From Eledone cirrhosa (lineage: Eukaryota), in assembly GCA_964016885.1 (NCBI GenBank), contig OZ024743.1:194618001-194682000 (forward strand): 64,000 nt of DNA, given 5' to 3'. The position numbers and the translations under genes were made by a program. Below the pieces are notes generated by a model. It ran no database searches, was not told the DNA's origin, and was given only the letters and a program-made list of their open reading frames with translations. Numbering within the stretch: position 1 is the first letter of the stretch; each line of letters starts with the position of its first letter. This document shows positions 36,819-49,379 of this stretch, piece by piece.

Positions 36819-39812
36819 CTGAAATAAATAATACATGGAACAGAGATACGGCCATTGAGGAGATGAATGCTGACGTGCTAGGACAAGATTTGATTGATAT
36901 CCTAAACTTAGTGGTAGATAAAATGAACAATGATAGTGGGAAACCTATGAACCTAAGATTTGAAGACAGGAACAAGTTAAAAGAAACAACAGCTAAGGTA
37001 AACAAAGTCATCCCATACCTTGAGGCGAGGAGCCTTCACAAGTGCAACAATATCCTCAAAGCAACAGCAAATGCGGTGAGGAAATTACTTGGCATAAAAG
37101 CGAGAGGAAACAACAAACAAGAAAGATCAGAAGCTTGGTGGAAGAAACGACAGAATGGTCAAATCAGGGAAATGAGAAATGACATTGGAAAGCTTGAGTC
37201 CCTACTGAATGGGACACTAAAAAACAAAGACACTAAGAATACATTGGAAATAAAGTACAAAACTAGGAGGAAAAGGCTAAATATTATCATAGAGGAACTG
37301 ATGCAACGCATTGTAGCAACGAGTGCAAAAATTAGGCGATACGAGAGCAGAGTCAGTCAGTATAGACAGAACCGCAGGTTTGACAACAACCAGAAGATGT
37401 GTTTGAACTGCTTGAAGGGAAAGAAAGAGGCAACGACTTGATCCTTGAGGCGGAACAAACTAAGACATTCTGGAGAGGAATATGGGAGCAGGATGTTAAG
37501 CATAATGACCAGGCAGTGTGGATTGAGACAGTACAAAAGGAGATTAGTGAACAGGCACACCAACAAACTGATTTGAGTATCACAGTTGAAACTCTTAATG
37601 GGCAGGCCAAAAAATTAACCAACTGGAAATCACCAGGCCTAGATGGTGTGCAGGGGTATTGGATTAAAAATATAACATCCCTCCACCCGAAACTGACAAC
37701 CATGTTCAATGACTGCTTGATGTCAGGTGAGGTACCAGAGTGGTTGACAAGAGGTACCACAGTTCTGGTAATGAAAGATCGAATCAAGGGTAATGATGTT
37801 ACCAACTATAGACCTATCACATGTCTGTCCGTAATGTGGAAACTGTTGACAAGTGTCTGAGGAAATCTACCATCACCTGCACACAAACAACTTGTTACCG
37901 GACGAACAGAAAGGATGCCGAAAGAAGTCCCGTGGTACAAAGGACCAGTTACTTATTGATAAGATGGTAATGAGGAATTGCAAGAGGAGACACACCGGTC
38001 TTGCCATGGGATGGATAGACTACAAAAAGGCATTTGACATGGTACCTCATTCTTGGATCACCAAAAGCCAAGAGATCTTCAGGGTGGCAGATAACATCAG
38101 ACAGTTGTTGAACAAATGTATGAAGTCCTGGAAAACAGAGTTAACATCGGCTGGAGAATCCTTTGGAAGCGTGAAGATCAAGAGAGGTATCTTCCAGGGA
38201 GATAGTCTGTCCCCTCTGTTGTTTGTCCTTGCCCTGATGCCCCTGACCATTATACTGCGAAATGTGAGAGCAGGATACAAGTTAGGAAAGGGAGAGCTTA
38301 CCATCAATCACCTCCTCTTCATGGACGATCTTAAGCTCTTCGGAAAGAATGAGGAGTTGGATGTGCTTGTTCACACTGTCCGTATTTTCAGCAATGATAT
38401 AATGTATGCAATTTGGTATTAGTAAGTGTGGTGTCCTTGTGATGAAGAGGGGTAAATTGAGCAGAAGCAACGGAATCCAGGTACCAACAGGTGAGATGAT
38501 AAAGGAAATTGACACTGAAGAAGGATACAATTATTTGGGTGTTCTGGAGGCTGATGACATCAAGAACAAAAAAATGAAGGAATTGATAAGATCTGAATAC
38601 ATTCGTAGAGTAATGAGCGTATTAAAGTCACATCTGAACAGTAGGAATGCCATAAGTGCAGTCAATTCCCGAGCTGTGTCTATTTATTAGGTACAGTGCG
38701 GGAATTCTGAGATGGAATGTTGCTCAACAAAAAGAAATGGATAGGAAGACTAGGAAGCTATTGACTATCTACAACATGTTCCACAAGAGGAGTGATGTCG
38801 ATAGACTATACTTAAGGAGATCTGAAGGTGGAAGAGGTCTTATCAGCATAGAGGACTGTATTCAGATGGAGAAAAACAACCTACACAAATACGTGACCGA
38901 TAGCAAGGAGCCAATGCTCAGAACTGTACTGAAGGAGAGGACAATAGACCAGGGGATGTCCAAGGAGGAAATAATAACAAAGAGAAAGAGCAGCCGTCAT
39001 GAAAAATCCCTTCATAGTACCTTCTTTGAGAAAACGGAATTCAGAGACCCACAGACATGGAACTGGTTGAAAAGAGGAGAGCTTAAAAAGGCTACAGAAG
39101 GAATGCTAATGGCTGCGCAAGAGCAGGCCCTCAAAACGGAGTGGCTGAAACACCATATTTACAAGGAGGAGGCTAGCTCACTGTGTAGGCTAGCTCACTG
39201 TCTAGAGAGAGAGGCGACTGTGGCTTACATTGTATCCGAGGGTAAACACCTAGCGCAGACTCACTATAAGGGCTGGAGACATGATGCAATGGGCAGGGTG
39301 ATCCACTGGCACCTATGGAAAGTAAACAATTCACCACATTCTGAGAAGTGGTATGAGCATAAGCCAGAGTCGGTGATGGAAAACGATCAGGTGAAGGTGC
39401 TGTGGGATTTTAGGATACAGACGGACAAGAAACTGGAACACAATAGACCTGACCTGGTGGTTTTGGACAAGGGGAAAAGATCGTGCCTGATTGTGGATGT
39501 AGCCTGCCCATTCGACACGAGAGTGCAAGAGAAGGAGAGGGAAAAAATTAACCGATACCAGGACTTAAAGTAGGAGGTAAAAAGGAAATGGAACTGCCAT
39601 GAGGTCAAAGTGGTCCCGATTGTCATAGTCGCACTAGGCACTATCTCAAAGAGTTTCCAAGTATGGTTAAAGAAAATTGGTCCCGCCCCGCTTTTTGGAA
39701 CACTTCAAAAGGCATGCTTGCTGGGAAGAGCAAGAACACTCCAATACCTCCTGAATATCTGAGGCTGCAGGTAGTGGCTTGATATTCATTTCAACAAACT
39801 TTCCAGTTAAGT

Positions 39813-42800
39813 AAACGGCGACCACACCTGATCACCGTCGAGGAAGAGGTGGAGATGTCGTAGCCTGAGCGCGTGCCTGCGCATCATCAGCCACGGCATG
39901 CCAAGCCCTCCACGTAGCGGGTGTTGACAACAGATGGACCGCCTGACCATCGGAGCGCGTCCCTTCCACAAGAAGCGAAAGAGCAAACGCTCCAGCACAG
40001 TCAGGCGGGGCTTAGGACAAGGTACGACGGTCAGGCGGTAGTAGATGACGGATGCGATGTACGCATTCGCCACCTCCGCTCGACCTTTCAGGGATAGCTT
40101 CCTCTCGGCCCATTTCTGGGTGAGAGAAGCCACCCTGCTCGTCACCTCGTCCCAGTTTTTGTCCGTCTGGAGGTCTGGACCGAACCAGACCCCTAGCAAT
40201 TTAACCGGTCCGTCCGTCCAGCGCCCGACGATGCTGTTGGACGGCATGGACCTGCCTCTCCAGGTGCCGAGCTGCAGGCCCACTGACTTTTCCTGGTTGA
40301 TCATTGCTCCTGTCACCGCTTCGTATTCTCTTAGTGTAGTGCCGATCGCCTCGATGTGTTTGGCGTTCGACACCACTACGGTGACATCGTCGGCATATGC
40401 TGACACGGATCTTCCGCATCCTAGTTCGCGCGGGACCCCCCTCAATGTCTCCAGTTTGTGCAGTAATGGCTCGAGAGTCAATACGTACAATAGGGACGAG
40501 AGGGGACATCCTTGGCGGACCGAGCGCATGATGTTGAACGGTTCCGAAAGGTGACCGTTCACTCTCACTACAGAGCAGATGTCGCTGTGCATGGCAGCGA
40601 TCCAGCCTCTGAAGACGTGCCCAAAGCCAGCCGCCCTCAGGACTGCCGCTAGGTAACGATGGTCGACCCTATCGAAGGCTTTCGACTGATCTAAATTGAT
40701 CAAAGATTCACCCGTGCCAGGTTCCTTAGCTACCCTCTCTACGATGTATCGCATGAGGTGTAGGTTGTCGTGGATGGATCTGTCGGGAATGGCGCATGTC
40801 TGTGCCTCTCCCACCAGACCACCAACGACAAGTGCCAACCTCTTTGCTAGCACCTTGGCCAAAATCTTGAACTCTGTGTTTAGCAGAGTTATGGGCCTAA
40901 AATTATCTATGTTATCCCCCTTGTTCGGATCCTTTCTCAGCAGCGCCACCGCTCCTCGGCTCACAGAGCTGGGAATTCTCCCGTTCTGTTGCCAGTTTCA
41001 GTAGACGTCCGCCAAGAGGCCTCCGAACAAGTTTGGCATTTGTACGTAAAGTTCATAGGGCAGACCATCCAAACCAGGCGATTTACCCCTTGTGCAACTA
41101 GTCATTGCATCCCGTACTTCAGCGGTTGTTATCGGCTTTTCGCAACACTCCGCCTCAGTGGCCGAAAGCCGCGGCAGTCCGTCGAGGTAGACACTAAAGT
41201 CCATCTGCCCCCGAACAGTTGAGCGAAGTGTCGCTGAAAAGCTTCACACATTTGCCCGGGATCGAGTAGCATGCGCCCGTCGTGGTCCACCAAAGACCGG
41301 ATCGTGGCTTTGTTGCCACGACGCGTCTCCGCCACTCGGGCCCATTGAACGGCTTTTGTCCCCTCGTGTCTGAGAGCACGCACCCTAGCTCTGACAACGC
41401 AGCCTTCGTGCTTTCCATTGAAGAATTGGTCAAGGGCCAATTTCGCCGCAAGTACGTCGGTCGCGATGCCTTTGCTAAGCGCCTCATCTAATTTTCTAAC
41501 TAATTCTCCCTCTGCTCTATTTTTCTCTATTGCTAAAGTCTTACTAAACCTAATGGACTCTATTCTAATTGCTCTTTTCAGAGCAAACCACCACATGTTG
41601 TTGACGATGGCCCCCGTCAACGCCCGCTTAACTGGTTCGCTAATCCGGTCTCTGTAGGCCTTGCGCGCTGGTAAGGATGCGTTTAGCTTCCAGTAGCCGG
41701 GTCCTTGTCTATGAAGCCTATCTAAGTCAAGCACACAGATCACGAATTTGTGGTCCGTGTAGCTGACTATCTTGAATTGTGGACAGCCTATGCTAGACCT
41801 ATCTATTTCCCTACAAAATACTCTATCTAGATATGATCTGGATGACCCTATGCCGTTTGTCCAAGTCCACATTGGTACATTCGGGAAATCCATTCGGTAC
41901 CTGTCAGACAGTTCAAAACGTCTGAGCATGTTGGTGAGACTCTTGCACCCTCCTTCCCTATCCTCTAATCCCAAACAATTCCAGCGTGCATCTAAGATCC
42001 CGTTCCAGTCGCCCACTAACACTAAAGAGCGGGACGTTCCAAGAAAGGTCTCCAGACGCCGGAAGAAATCAGGCCGCCCTGCTCCTGTCGGGGCATAGAC
42101 GGCCATTAACCTGAAAGCTTGCCCGTCTCCGCTGGTCACGTCCAGCACCATCAACTTACCTTCTGGGTCCAGGAAGATGGCCCGTATGGCAAGATCCAAA
42201 CCTCTCCGAAAAAGCACAGCAACTCCTCCCCCCGATCCCGGACGGCTGGGAGATGCGTACACATCGTAGCCGCCGAAGATCGGTGCGAAAGCCTGTGCTT
42301 CGGAGATTCTGGTCTCGCTGATGGCCACTACATCTATGTTTAGTGACCTGAGGTCGTTGAGCAGGTGGCCCTGCTTCCATGACGACCCCAAGCCACGCGC
42401 ATTTATGCTGCCTATTCTTAGTGAGGTCATGTTGAAAAGGAGTGGAAAAGATGGGAAAGACCACTTACCTTACTTCTCGTAGGGGAAGGACGGTTTTTCC
42501 ATCCTTTTCACTGCTTGTGGCCTCTTCAGGAAGGATGTCCTTATAAATCCTCCTGGAGAGTGCTTGTCGGAAGTCTCCGATGTCTTTGGGGAATTTTTGT
42601 TTTAGTGTCATGTACGTTTTCTGTGTGATGCGAGTGATTTGTATGTGTGGAGGTGGTGTGAATTTTGGGGTTGTTGTGTAGTCTTTTTCTGTGATGCTGG
42701 TGTTGTGTTGGATGTAGTGCAATAATTGCTTGTTGTTCAAAGTTAATGCTGTGTAGTGTGTATCGTTTTGGTTGTTTTGTTTTGTTTGCGTTTGTTGTGG

Positions 42801-44669
42801 GTTTGTTTCTGTTTCGCATTTTGGTGACTTTTGTGGTGTAGGTGATGGTGGTGTTGGAGTTAATGATGATGATGGTGTTGGTGTTTGGGTTGATGGGGTT
42901 GGTGATGCTGGTGTGGATGGTGGCATATCTGTCCTAACTTTTTTGTTTCTTAGTTTATTTGTTTCCCTCTGTATTTTGTTTTTGGAGGGGGAAGGAAGAG
43001 AATTTTTTCTTTTTTCGTTTTCTTTTTTTTTTCCGGATATCGTTTCCCACTCCTCGTCGTCACAATCTGTCTCCAGTTGTGATAGGCCGGGGAGTGGAAA
43101 ATCCTCCACAGCCGTTAGTTTTGGTTGTGGTGTGGTGGATGTTGTAGGCGCTGGTGCTAGTTCTGAAGCGTTGGGAGGTGGTGGTGTTGGTTTTGCTGGT
43201 GGTGGTAGTGGTGTTGGTTTTGCTACTGTTGCTGGGGTTGTTGCTGTTATAGTTGCTTCTGTTGTTGCTGCTACAGTTGTTGCTGGCATCTCTGCTACTG
43301 GTGGTGTTGATGGTTGTGTCACTGGGGTGGGTAGGAGAGGTGGCCTCAACCTTTTAGCCTGAGGGCAGAAAGTCCTTAGGTGGGTTCCTTCACCACAAAC
43401 GACACACCTAGGTCTTCTGCCCTCGACAATTACCGTGAGGTGGCTGCCGTCAGTGAGGTCTATTACCTCTGGGATCTCCTCAATGCTTTTTTGGTCCGCT
43501 TGGATCAGGAGCTCCATCCCAGATCCGGACCAGTTTTCCTGCTTTTCTTTTGCTATTGTTATTATTTTCGTGTTGGCCTCGATGCCGGCGATGACAGCCG
43601 CTATTAGCCAGGGAATTTCGATGGCCGGTGGAACGTGGGTCACCCTGATCTTTACGAGTCTCTGGCCACAATAGCTTGGGACGAGTGTGAAGTCGTCACT
43701 TTTTAATGGGGCCATGGAGTGTTCTCTAGCCTCCTCTGGTGTTTCAAAGAACACATCCACGGTTCCATACTTTTGCCCACGTCTGATGTGGGTTTTTCTT
43801 GCCCACACATGTCCCAAAGCTTTTTGGATGTGGGACTCGGATTCCCGTTCCACTCGGCGCGATTTTACATTTATTGTTCTATACGACACGGTGCACAGGC
43901 GCCGATGCTCCATTTTATTAGGTGGGGGGGTGAGGCTGACCCTGTACCCATCTTTATTTACCATTTGTTTGGCATTTTCTAAATCTTCTTGAGTTACCGT
44001 GAACGCTTCGAATTGTTTTGCTACGATGGCGAAACTGAGGGTCGGTTTTATAATGTCATTGTTATTGTTGTTGCTATCGTTGATATTAATTTTATTTTCA
44101 GTTGTGGTGGTGGTGACGTCAGTCGTCTTTGGTGGGGAAGAGTCCATTTTGCTTGATTTCATTTCGACGTCACGAGTTAATTTATTTTTTTCTTCTTTTG
44201 TTTCTGTTGTCGCGGTGGTGGTGGTGGTGTCGGTGGTGGTGGTTGTCGCGGTGGTGGTGGTGGTGGAGGGTTTAACACCTGCAGTCATTGGTAATGGCGG
44301 GAAATGAATGTCTGCCTGAGACAAATTTAAAATATTGCTACTGCTTATATTTTTTTTTTGTGTTGGCAAACGTAGTAACATTTACAATGGTGGTGTCGGT
44401 GTGAGGTGTTATTTTGTGAGGAAGGCTTTCAGCTGCTTCGTGCAGAGGGGAATTAGCCATTTTTTTTCAAAGAAATTTTTGGATAATAATAAAAGTTAAA
44501 ATTTTGGGCACAAGGCCCCAATCTTTTTGGGTGTCCTTTTCGGAAAACAATGTATGTGTGCTTATAAACAGTTTACAATAAAATTTTCCATAAATGGCAA
44601 TTTTTAAACAAACGGAAATAACAAACCTTTGCGGAGCTCACGATAATACGATTTCCTACGTAGGTCGCC
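39813..44669 (-). mobile_element. Tx1-clade element with ORF1 type 2, 5'-complete, 3' end deleted (copy T4)
   Basis: ORF1 44381-42465; ORF2 pieces 42430-41129, 41204-40998 and 40964-39807 (QGCPLS, YADD). 5' end abuts (AAT)n 44670-44714. Confidence 0.92.
42465..44381 (-). CDS. Tx1 ORF1 type 2, Gag-like nucleic-acid-binding protein (638 aa open)
   Basis: CVVCGEGTHLRTFC knuckle; homologous to but diverged from type 1. True start may be ATGGCT at 44460 with a slip in the A-run at ~44350-44359. Confidence 0.75.
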   Translation of the reverse strand: MLLRLPTQKKNISSSNILNLSQADIHFPPLPMTAGVKPSTTTTTATTTTTDTTTTTATTETKEEKNKLTRDVEMKSSKMDSSPPKTTDVTTTTTENKININDSNNNNNDIIKPTLSFAIVAKQFEAFTVTQEDLENAKQMVNKDGYRVSLTPPPNKMEHRRLCTVSYRTINVKSRRVERESESHIQKALGHVWARKTHIRRGQKYGTVDVFFETPEEAREHSMAPLKSDDFTLVPSYCGQRLVKIRVTHVPPAIEIPWLIAAVIAGIEANTKIITIAKEKQENWSGSGMELLIQADQKSIEEIPEVIDLTDGSHLTVIVEGRRPRCVVCGEGTHLRTFCPQAKRLRPPLLPTPVTQPSTPPVAEMPATTVAATTEATITATTPATVAKPTPLPPPAKPTPPPPNASELAPAPTTSTTPQPKLTAVEDFPLPGLSQLETDCDDEEWETISGKKKENEKRKNSLPSPSKNKIQRETNKLRNKKVRTDMPPSTPASPTPSTQTPTPSSSLTPTPPSPTPQKSPKCETETNPQQTQTKQNNQNDTHYTALTLNNKQLLHYIQHNTSITEKDYTTTPKFTPPPHIQITRITQKTYMTLKQKFPKDIGDFRQALSRRIYKDILPEEATSSEKDGKTVLPLREVR

Positions 44670-44714
<45 letters not shown>

Positions 44715-44716
<2 letters not shown>

Positions 44717-46352
44717 TTTCTTTATTGGCCACAAGGGTTGACATCAAGAAAAAGATTACAGACGGCACAGGACCCAACAGAACTGTACGATGTCGGTTTT
44801 GTGCGTGTAAATATTTTTATTATTTATATGAGAAAAGAAAAAAAGACAGAAACATATATATAAACAATAAAAATGAAAATTGAAACAATGAGAATTTCCT
44901 CTACAGGGGGGAAACCTCCGAGGGTAACTCGTGGCGAAAACCACACAAAGGACCGCGGACACACTGGCCACCAGGGCAAGCGCCCTCTCTCAATTGTCCA
45001 TCTCTTAAACTACTGACGTATATTCAGAGCGGTCCCCTTCACTCGTACCATTCTAGCTACATTCACCCACCATTCAACAAACTTGCTAGAAAGCAGCACT
45101 TGCCCCTCCACCCTGATTTTCCTCTTCAAGTAAAACTTGAAAAAGTTAATTAGGGATTCGCCGAAGAGGAAAGTGTCTGTCTTTAACCCTTTCAACCTTG
45201 TCCACCACACAATATCTTTCGCCATGCCACCAGGCAGATGAAAACCGCCTGCCCTTCCTCCTCGAAGGAAGACAGCGAGTCCATCTGCACAATGGACTCA
45301 GTCGATAACCGGAGCAGTCCTACACGCGACAGCAACTGTTCGGCATAACTCCACAGGTCAGCAATGCCCGGGCTCTGATGGTGTGCGTGCACGACGATTT
45401 CGTCGCTCTGCGCGCATCTCGGACAGGCTCGGCTGACGGCACTTCCGTGCCTGTAGAGTTTATCTCGAACCGGCAGCGCGCCTCGATAGCACTGCCAGGC
45501 CAGGGATTTTTGGAAGTTATCCATAGGCCTTGGGCTGAAAGTTCTCCGGAAGAGAGCAAACAGCTGATCTGCTTCGACGCCTAGGAACTCTCCGAGAACG
45601 TCGTCGCTCTTCCCCTCTACTAGTCCTCTACAGTACGCCGAGGTGGATGTTCCACCGATACTGTTGCCCAGCTGGCAGAGTGCAGTGAGCGCCTGGAGAC
45701 ATTCCAGTTTCCAAGCGCTATCCCTCGGTCTTTTTCTCACCCAGGACTGCAGCTCCTTCAAGGAGACGAGCTGTGGGAAAACGTGCCTGGCGAAAGGCGA
45801 CCACACCTGTTCCCCGTCAAGGAAACACCAGTGATGCCGCAGCCTCAGCGCATGTTTGCGCATCATCAGCCATGGCATGCCCAGTCCTCCACGCAACGGG
45901 TGTTGACGGCAGATGGATCGTCCTACCATGGGAGCGCGTCCCTTCCACAAAAAGCGGAAGAGGAGGTGCTCCAATTTGTTGAGAGTTGGGCCGTGGCAAG
46001 GGACGACGGTGAGGCGGTAACAGATGACGGATGCGATGTACGCATTCGCCACCTCCGCCCGGCCTTTTGGAGACAGCCTCCTTTCGGCCCATTTCTGGGT
46101 GAGGGAGGCCACCTTGCTCGTATTTCACCGGCTGTTATTGGCTTTTCGCAACACTGTGCTGCGGTCGTCGAGAGCCGAGGCAGTCCGTCGAGGTATGCAG
46201 TGAAGGCCATACCCCGATCCGGCTCGCCGCTGCTCCCGAACAGTTCAGCAAAGTGCTGCTGAAAAGCCTCATACATCTGCTCGGGTTCGAGCAACACGCA
46301 CCCGTTTTGGTCAGACAAAGACCGAATTGTGGCTTTGTTGCCTCGTCGCGCC
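44715..46352 (-). mobile_element. Tx1-clade diverged subfamily, 5'-truncated, RT internally deleted (copy T5)
   Basis: ORF2 C-terminus 46112-45010 and a distinct 3' UTR ending AATAAAGAAATC. ~1 kb of RT missing at ~46118. (AAT)n on both sides. Confidence 0.88.
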
Positions 46353-46386
46353 TAATAATAATAATAATAATAATAATAAGAAGAAG
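46353..46386. repeat. (TAA)n/(AAG)n, right end of the array
   Basis: Direct sequence; immediately followed by the right copy of the 64-bp duplication. Confidence 0.9.
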
Positions 46387-49379
46387 ATGCTATTATTTCA
46401 GTTATAACTTTGTTTTATAACAGAATGTGAGCATTTTGCATTGGCACAGGCTTTCTTCATTTTTTATGTAAGGTTTAAAAGACAGTTACAAACAAGATAC
46501 ACATATCAAATGATTTTAGAACGTAATTAATATTCCATTTATATTCTTTTGGCTTAAATGTGAATGTCTGATGATTTTCTGTACATTGAAATGACCTCTC
46601 CAAGCAAGATACATAATTTCAAAGCTTCTTGCTGATATTTCAGAGTGTTGACCTAGGAAATATTTTATGTATTTAAATCTAGCTCCTTATAATAGATGCA
46701 AAATGTCACATCTTGCTTAAACGGTCATATTTCTTTTTTTTCCCGTTCACCTGTCTACTCCGACGGTATGTTAAAGTGTATCTTAGGTTTCATGTAGATT
46801 TGCCAGGAAATTTGTCTTACTTGGTGTGATTTTTGATCGTAGGTTATGTGAAATATCTTTACCCTTGCAAAATATTTCTTTTCTATTCTCTAATATGTAC
46901 TTATTTCCTGTACTTTAGTTACTGCCTTACTTACCGATGAATATGCGAGTTTTAATTACTCTTCCATAACTTTGTGATCTTTCAAATGTTGCATGCAAAA
47001 TATATCAGATATAGCATTAAAGTATATCTGAATGATTCTCTACTACTTTAAATAAGAAAATATGGTCATAGATATACACAAAGACGAAATGGCCATGGTT
47101 CAAGCGTCGTTCTTCATAGCTCTGCTTAATCAATGCTGACGTTGGCTGAAGAACAACAAAGATGTAATACTATAAATTCATCAAGGAATGAATATATGTT
47201 TCTTAATGGGGGAAATTTTCTCTGTTTTAGTATTGTATGAACGCCCCGCGAAATATTTCATACGTGCTGTAACTTATTTTGATGACTCATTTCGTATTGG
47301 ACATTTACAAATTTTGTATATAAATTAACTGTCGATGTAAAGGAAAATTGTATGTGATATAGAGACTCCTGAATGTTAAACCAGGTAATAGCAATTAAAC
47401 AAAGGACTTCTATTTGAAGCCATAATAAATTAAACAATGTGATGTTACTTCTGACACTTTTCTGTAAATAGGAAGAGGCTGGCTGGTTTTATAAATGTTT
47501 TAAACCTTCTTATCACGAAAGATGATGCATTTAAAACATTATAGGCGCTATTTGATAATGCTTCTTTTTTGTGGCTTAATCCTTTGCAAGTCCCCTCGCG
47601 ACTGGAGATATACGTCGTTTATATTTAGCTTGAAATTCTGTACGTCGACATGTCCAGAAGAACATGGGCGGGAAAAAATTCTAGAGATTTGATATTCTGG
47701 AAAAGGAGTGGGCAAAATTGTTCAGTCAGTACAGGGCATTCGCGTGAGTCATATTAATGGTAATGTATTGAGAAGAATGTTATGTCAGGTGAGCTAAGGT
47801 CGTATGTAAATTAACTATTTCAAAGAACACAAACAGCTGCAGTGGCAAGATAATAAATATACCAGACGTATTTGGCATTTATTCGATATTTAAGTACTGA
47901 ACTTGAGCCGGTGACTATATTATAGTGTATAATGAAATTTCACGTGACGACAAGGGAAATGTATTGTGCCTCTAGATCAGACTATAAAACCATACATCAA
48001 CGTTTTGGTACTACTTTTCTAACCAGTAATAATTTTATCGCCGTCTTATCAAGTGCATGTATATTAACACACAAAGACTTCAGTTTAAAATACAAATTTA
48101 TTCAATTTTGATTCTCACATATAATCTTTGTATATGTGTGTACCCACAATTAATTGAAATGGGCAAAATGTATTCTAAACTCATAATCTAGTATTCAACA
48201 CTTTTTAATTTTGAATATAAAGATCGTGAAACGAGCTGCAAATATAATATTTGAACAGTTTGGTTAATCAGATGAAAGGGACCCTTATCGTAGTAAAATA
48301 CACTATATCAGCGATTGTTAAATATAGAAACAAGCTACCCTTGGATAGCACAATTACAATACGATTATACGTTTGACTGCTGCGTTTGGTATAGAGTAGC
48401 AATTAACTAATATATGAGCTGAACTCCCCGGTTATCTCTCTTTTGATTCCCTTCAGTATTTTATAAACTAAATTTTACCATTGACATATCACTCACGTTC
48501 TGAACAATAAAAAGTTCGCGAAATCGCTGAAACAATAACTTGTCACTGGGAGTGCTCTGCCAATTTTGGATATAAGATATTATATGGAATTCACTACACT
48601 ATATACAGTACTCTGTGTAAGTAACTCACATGGACATAAAGTTTGTAGCATTGTATTTCATACATTTTATCAACATTATTTTATGTTACACAATTTCAGT
48701 CTTGAATATGGTAAGTCGATTCTTAGACTCATATTAAGAACTAAATGATAATGGTAGTGTTTTGTTGTTTTTGATATTCTCTTTGCTTCACACCATTATA
48801 GATTTTTATTTCTTTTATATCTTGGAAATGTTAAAAAAAAGACACCTTACAGTAATATAATCAAATTAGAACTCTGCACAATTCACGTTGCATTCAATTA
48901 GAATATTCTTTTTATGCAACAAAATTACATTTCTCATTAATTTGCTCCTACAATGAGCCTATATGTCGCAAGGATATGTCCTAGCACACGTCTATTCAAT
49001 ATCACAATAACTTCTATTGAATATATATCTCTTCCTTGCGCCTTGTTTCTTTTCACTCAGATTTCCTATTCAGAAAATGAATGACAGTTTCAAACTTGGC
49101 TGATATTTTAAATGTTTTTTAGATCATTCACCTTGTTGAAGTCACTTGCGAAATGTTTCTTAAAACGTCAAACGTGCATGGACATATCTTGCAACAATTT
49201 TACTATATCTACACCAAAATCTTTCAATTTTCTGCTTTTGTTTTTGTGTTGCCCATGACCGAGTAGGGAATTGAAACCTAAGTATTATATAGTAGGATAA
49301 ATGATTAAGAGAAATGTATACAGATCAAGTAATAAAGAGTAAAGACCCCATTCGTTCACGAATGATCATGGGATTTACA

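Larger units (their letters stand above)
35169..39812 (+). mobile_element. Dong family B, older and more decayed, with SINE insertion (copy B2)
   Basis: Leader begins GGGAAGAAAACGCAC. Fragmented ORFs 36432-39573 match B1. ORF end ..YLLNI* at 39762. 3' UTR cut at ~39812. Confidence 0.9.

Noticed and set aside
16307-46386. CRISPR-like or telomeric array interpretation of the periodic AAT spacers
   Set aside because: The intervening units are kilobase retrotransposons, there are no cas genes, and unique DNA flanks both sides.
47088-47790. Signal-peptide-like MAMVQASFFIALL and nearby coding-looking patches
   Set aside because: Immediate stop codons, no consistent exon structure or recognisable domain.
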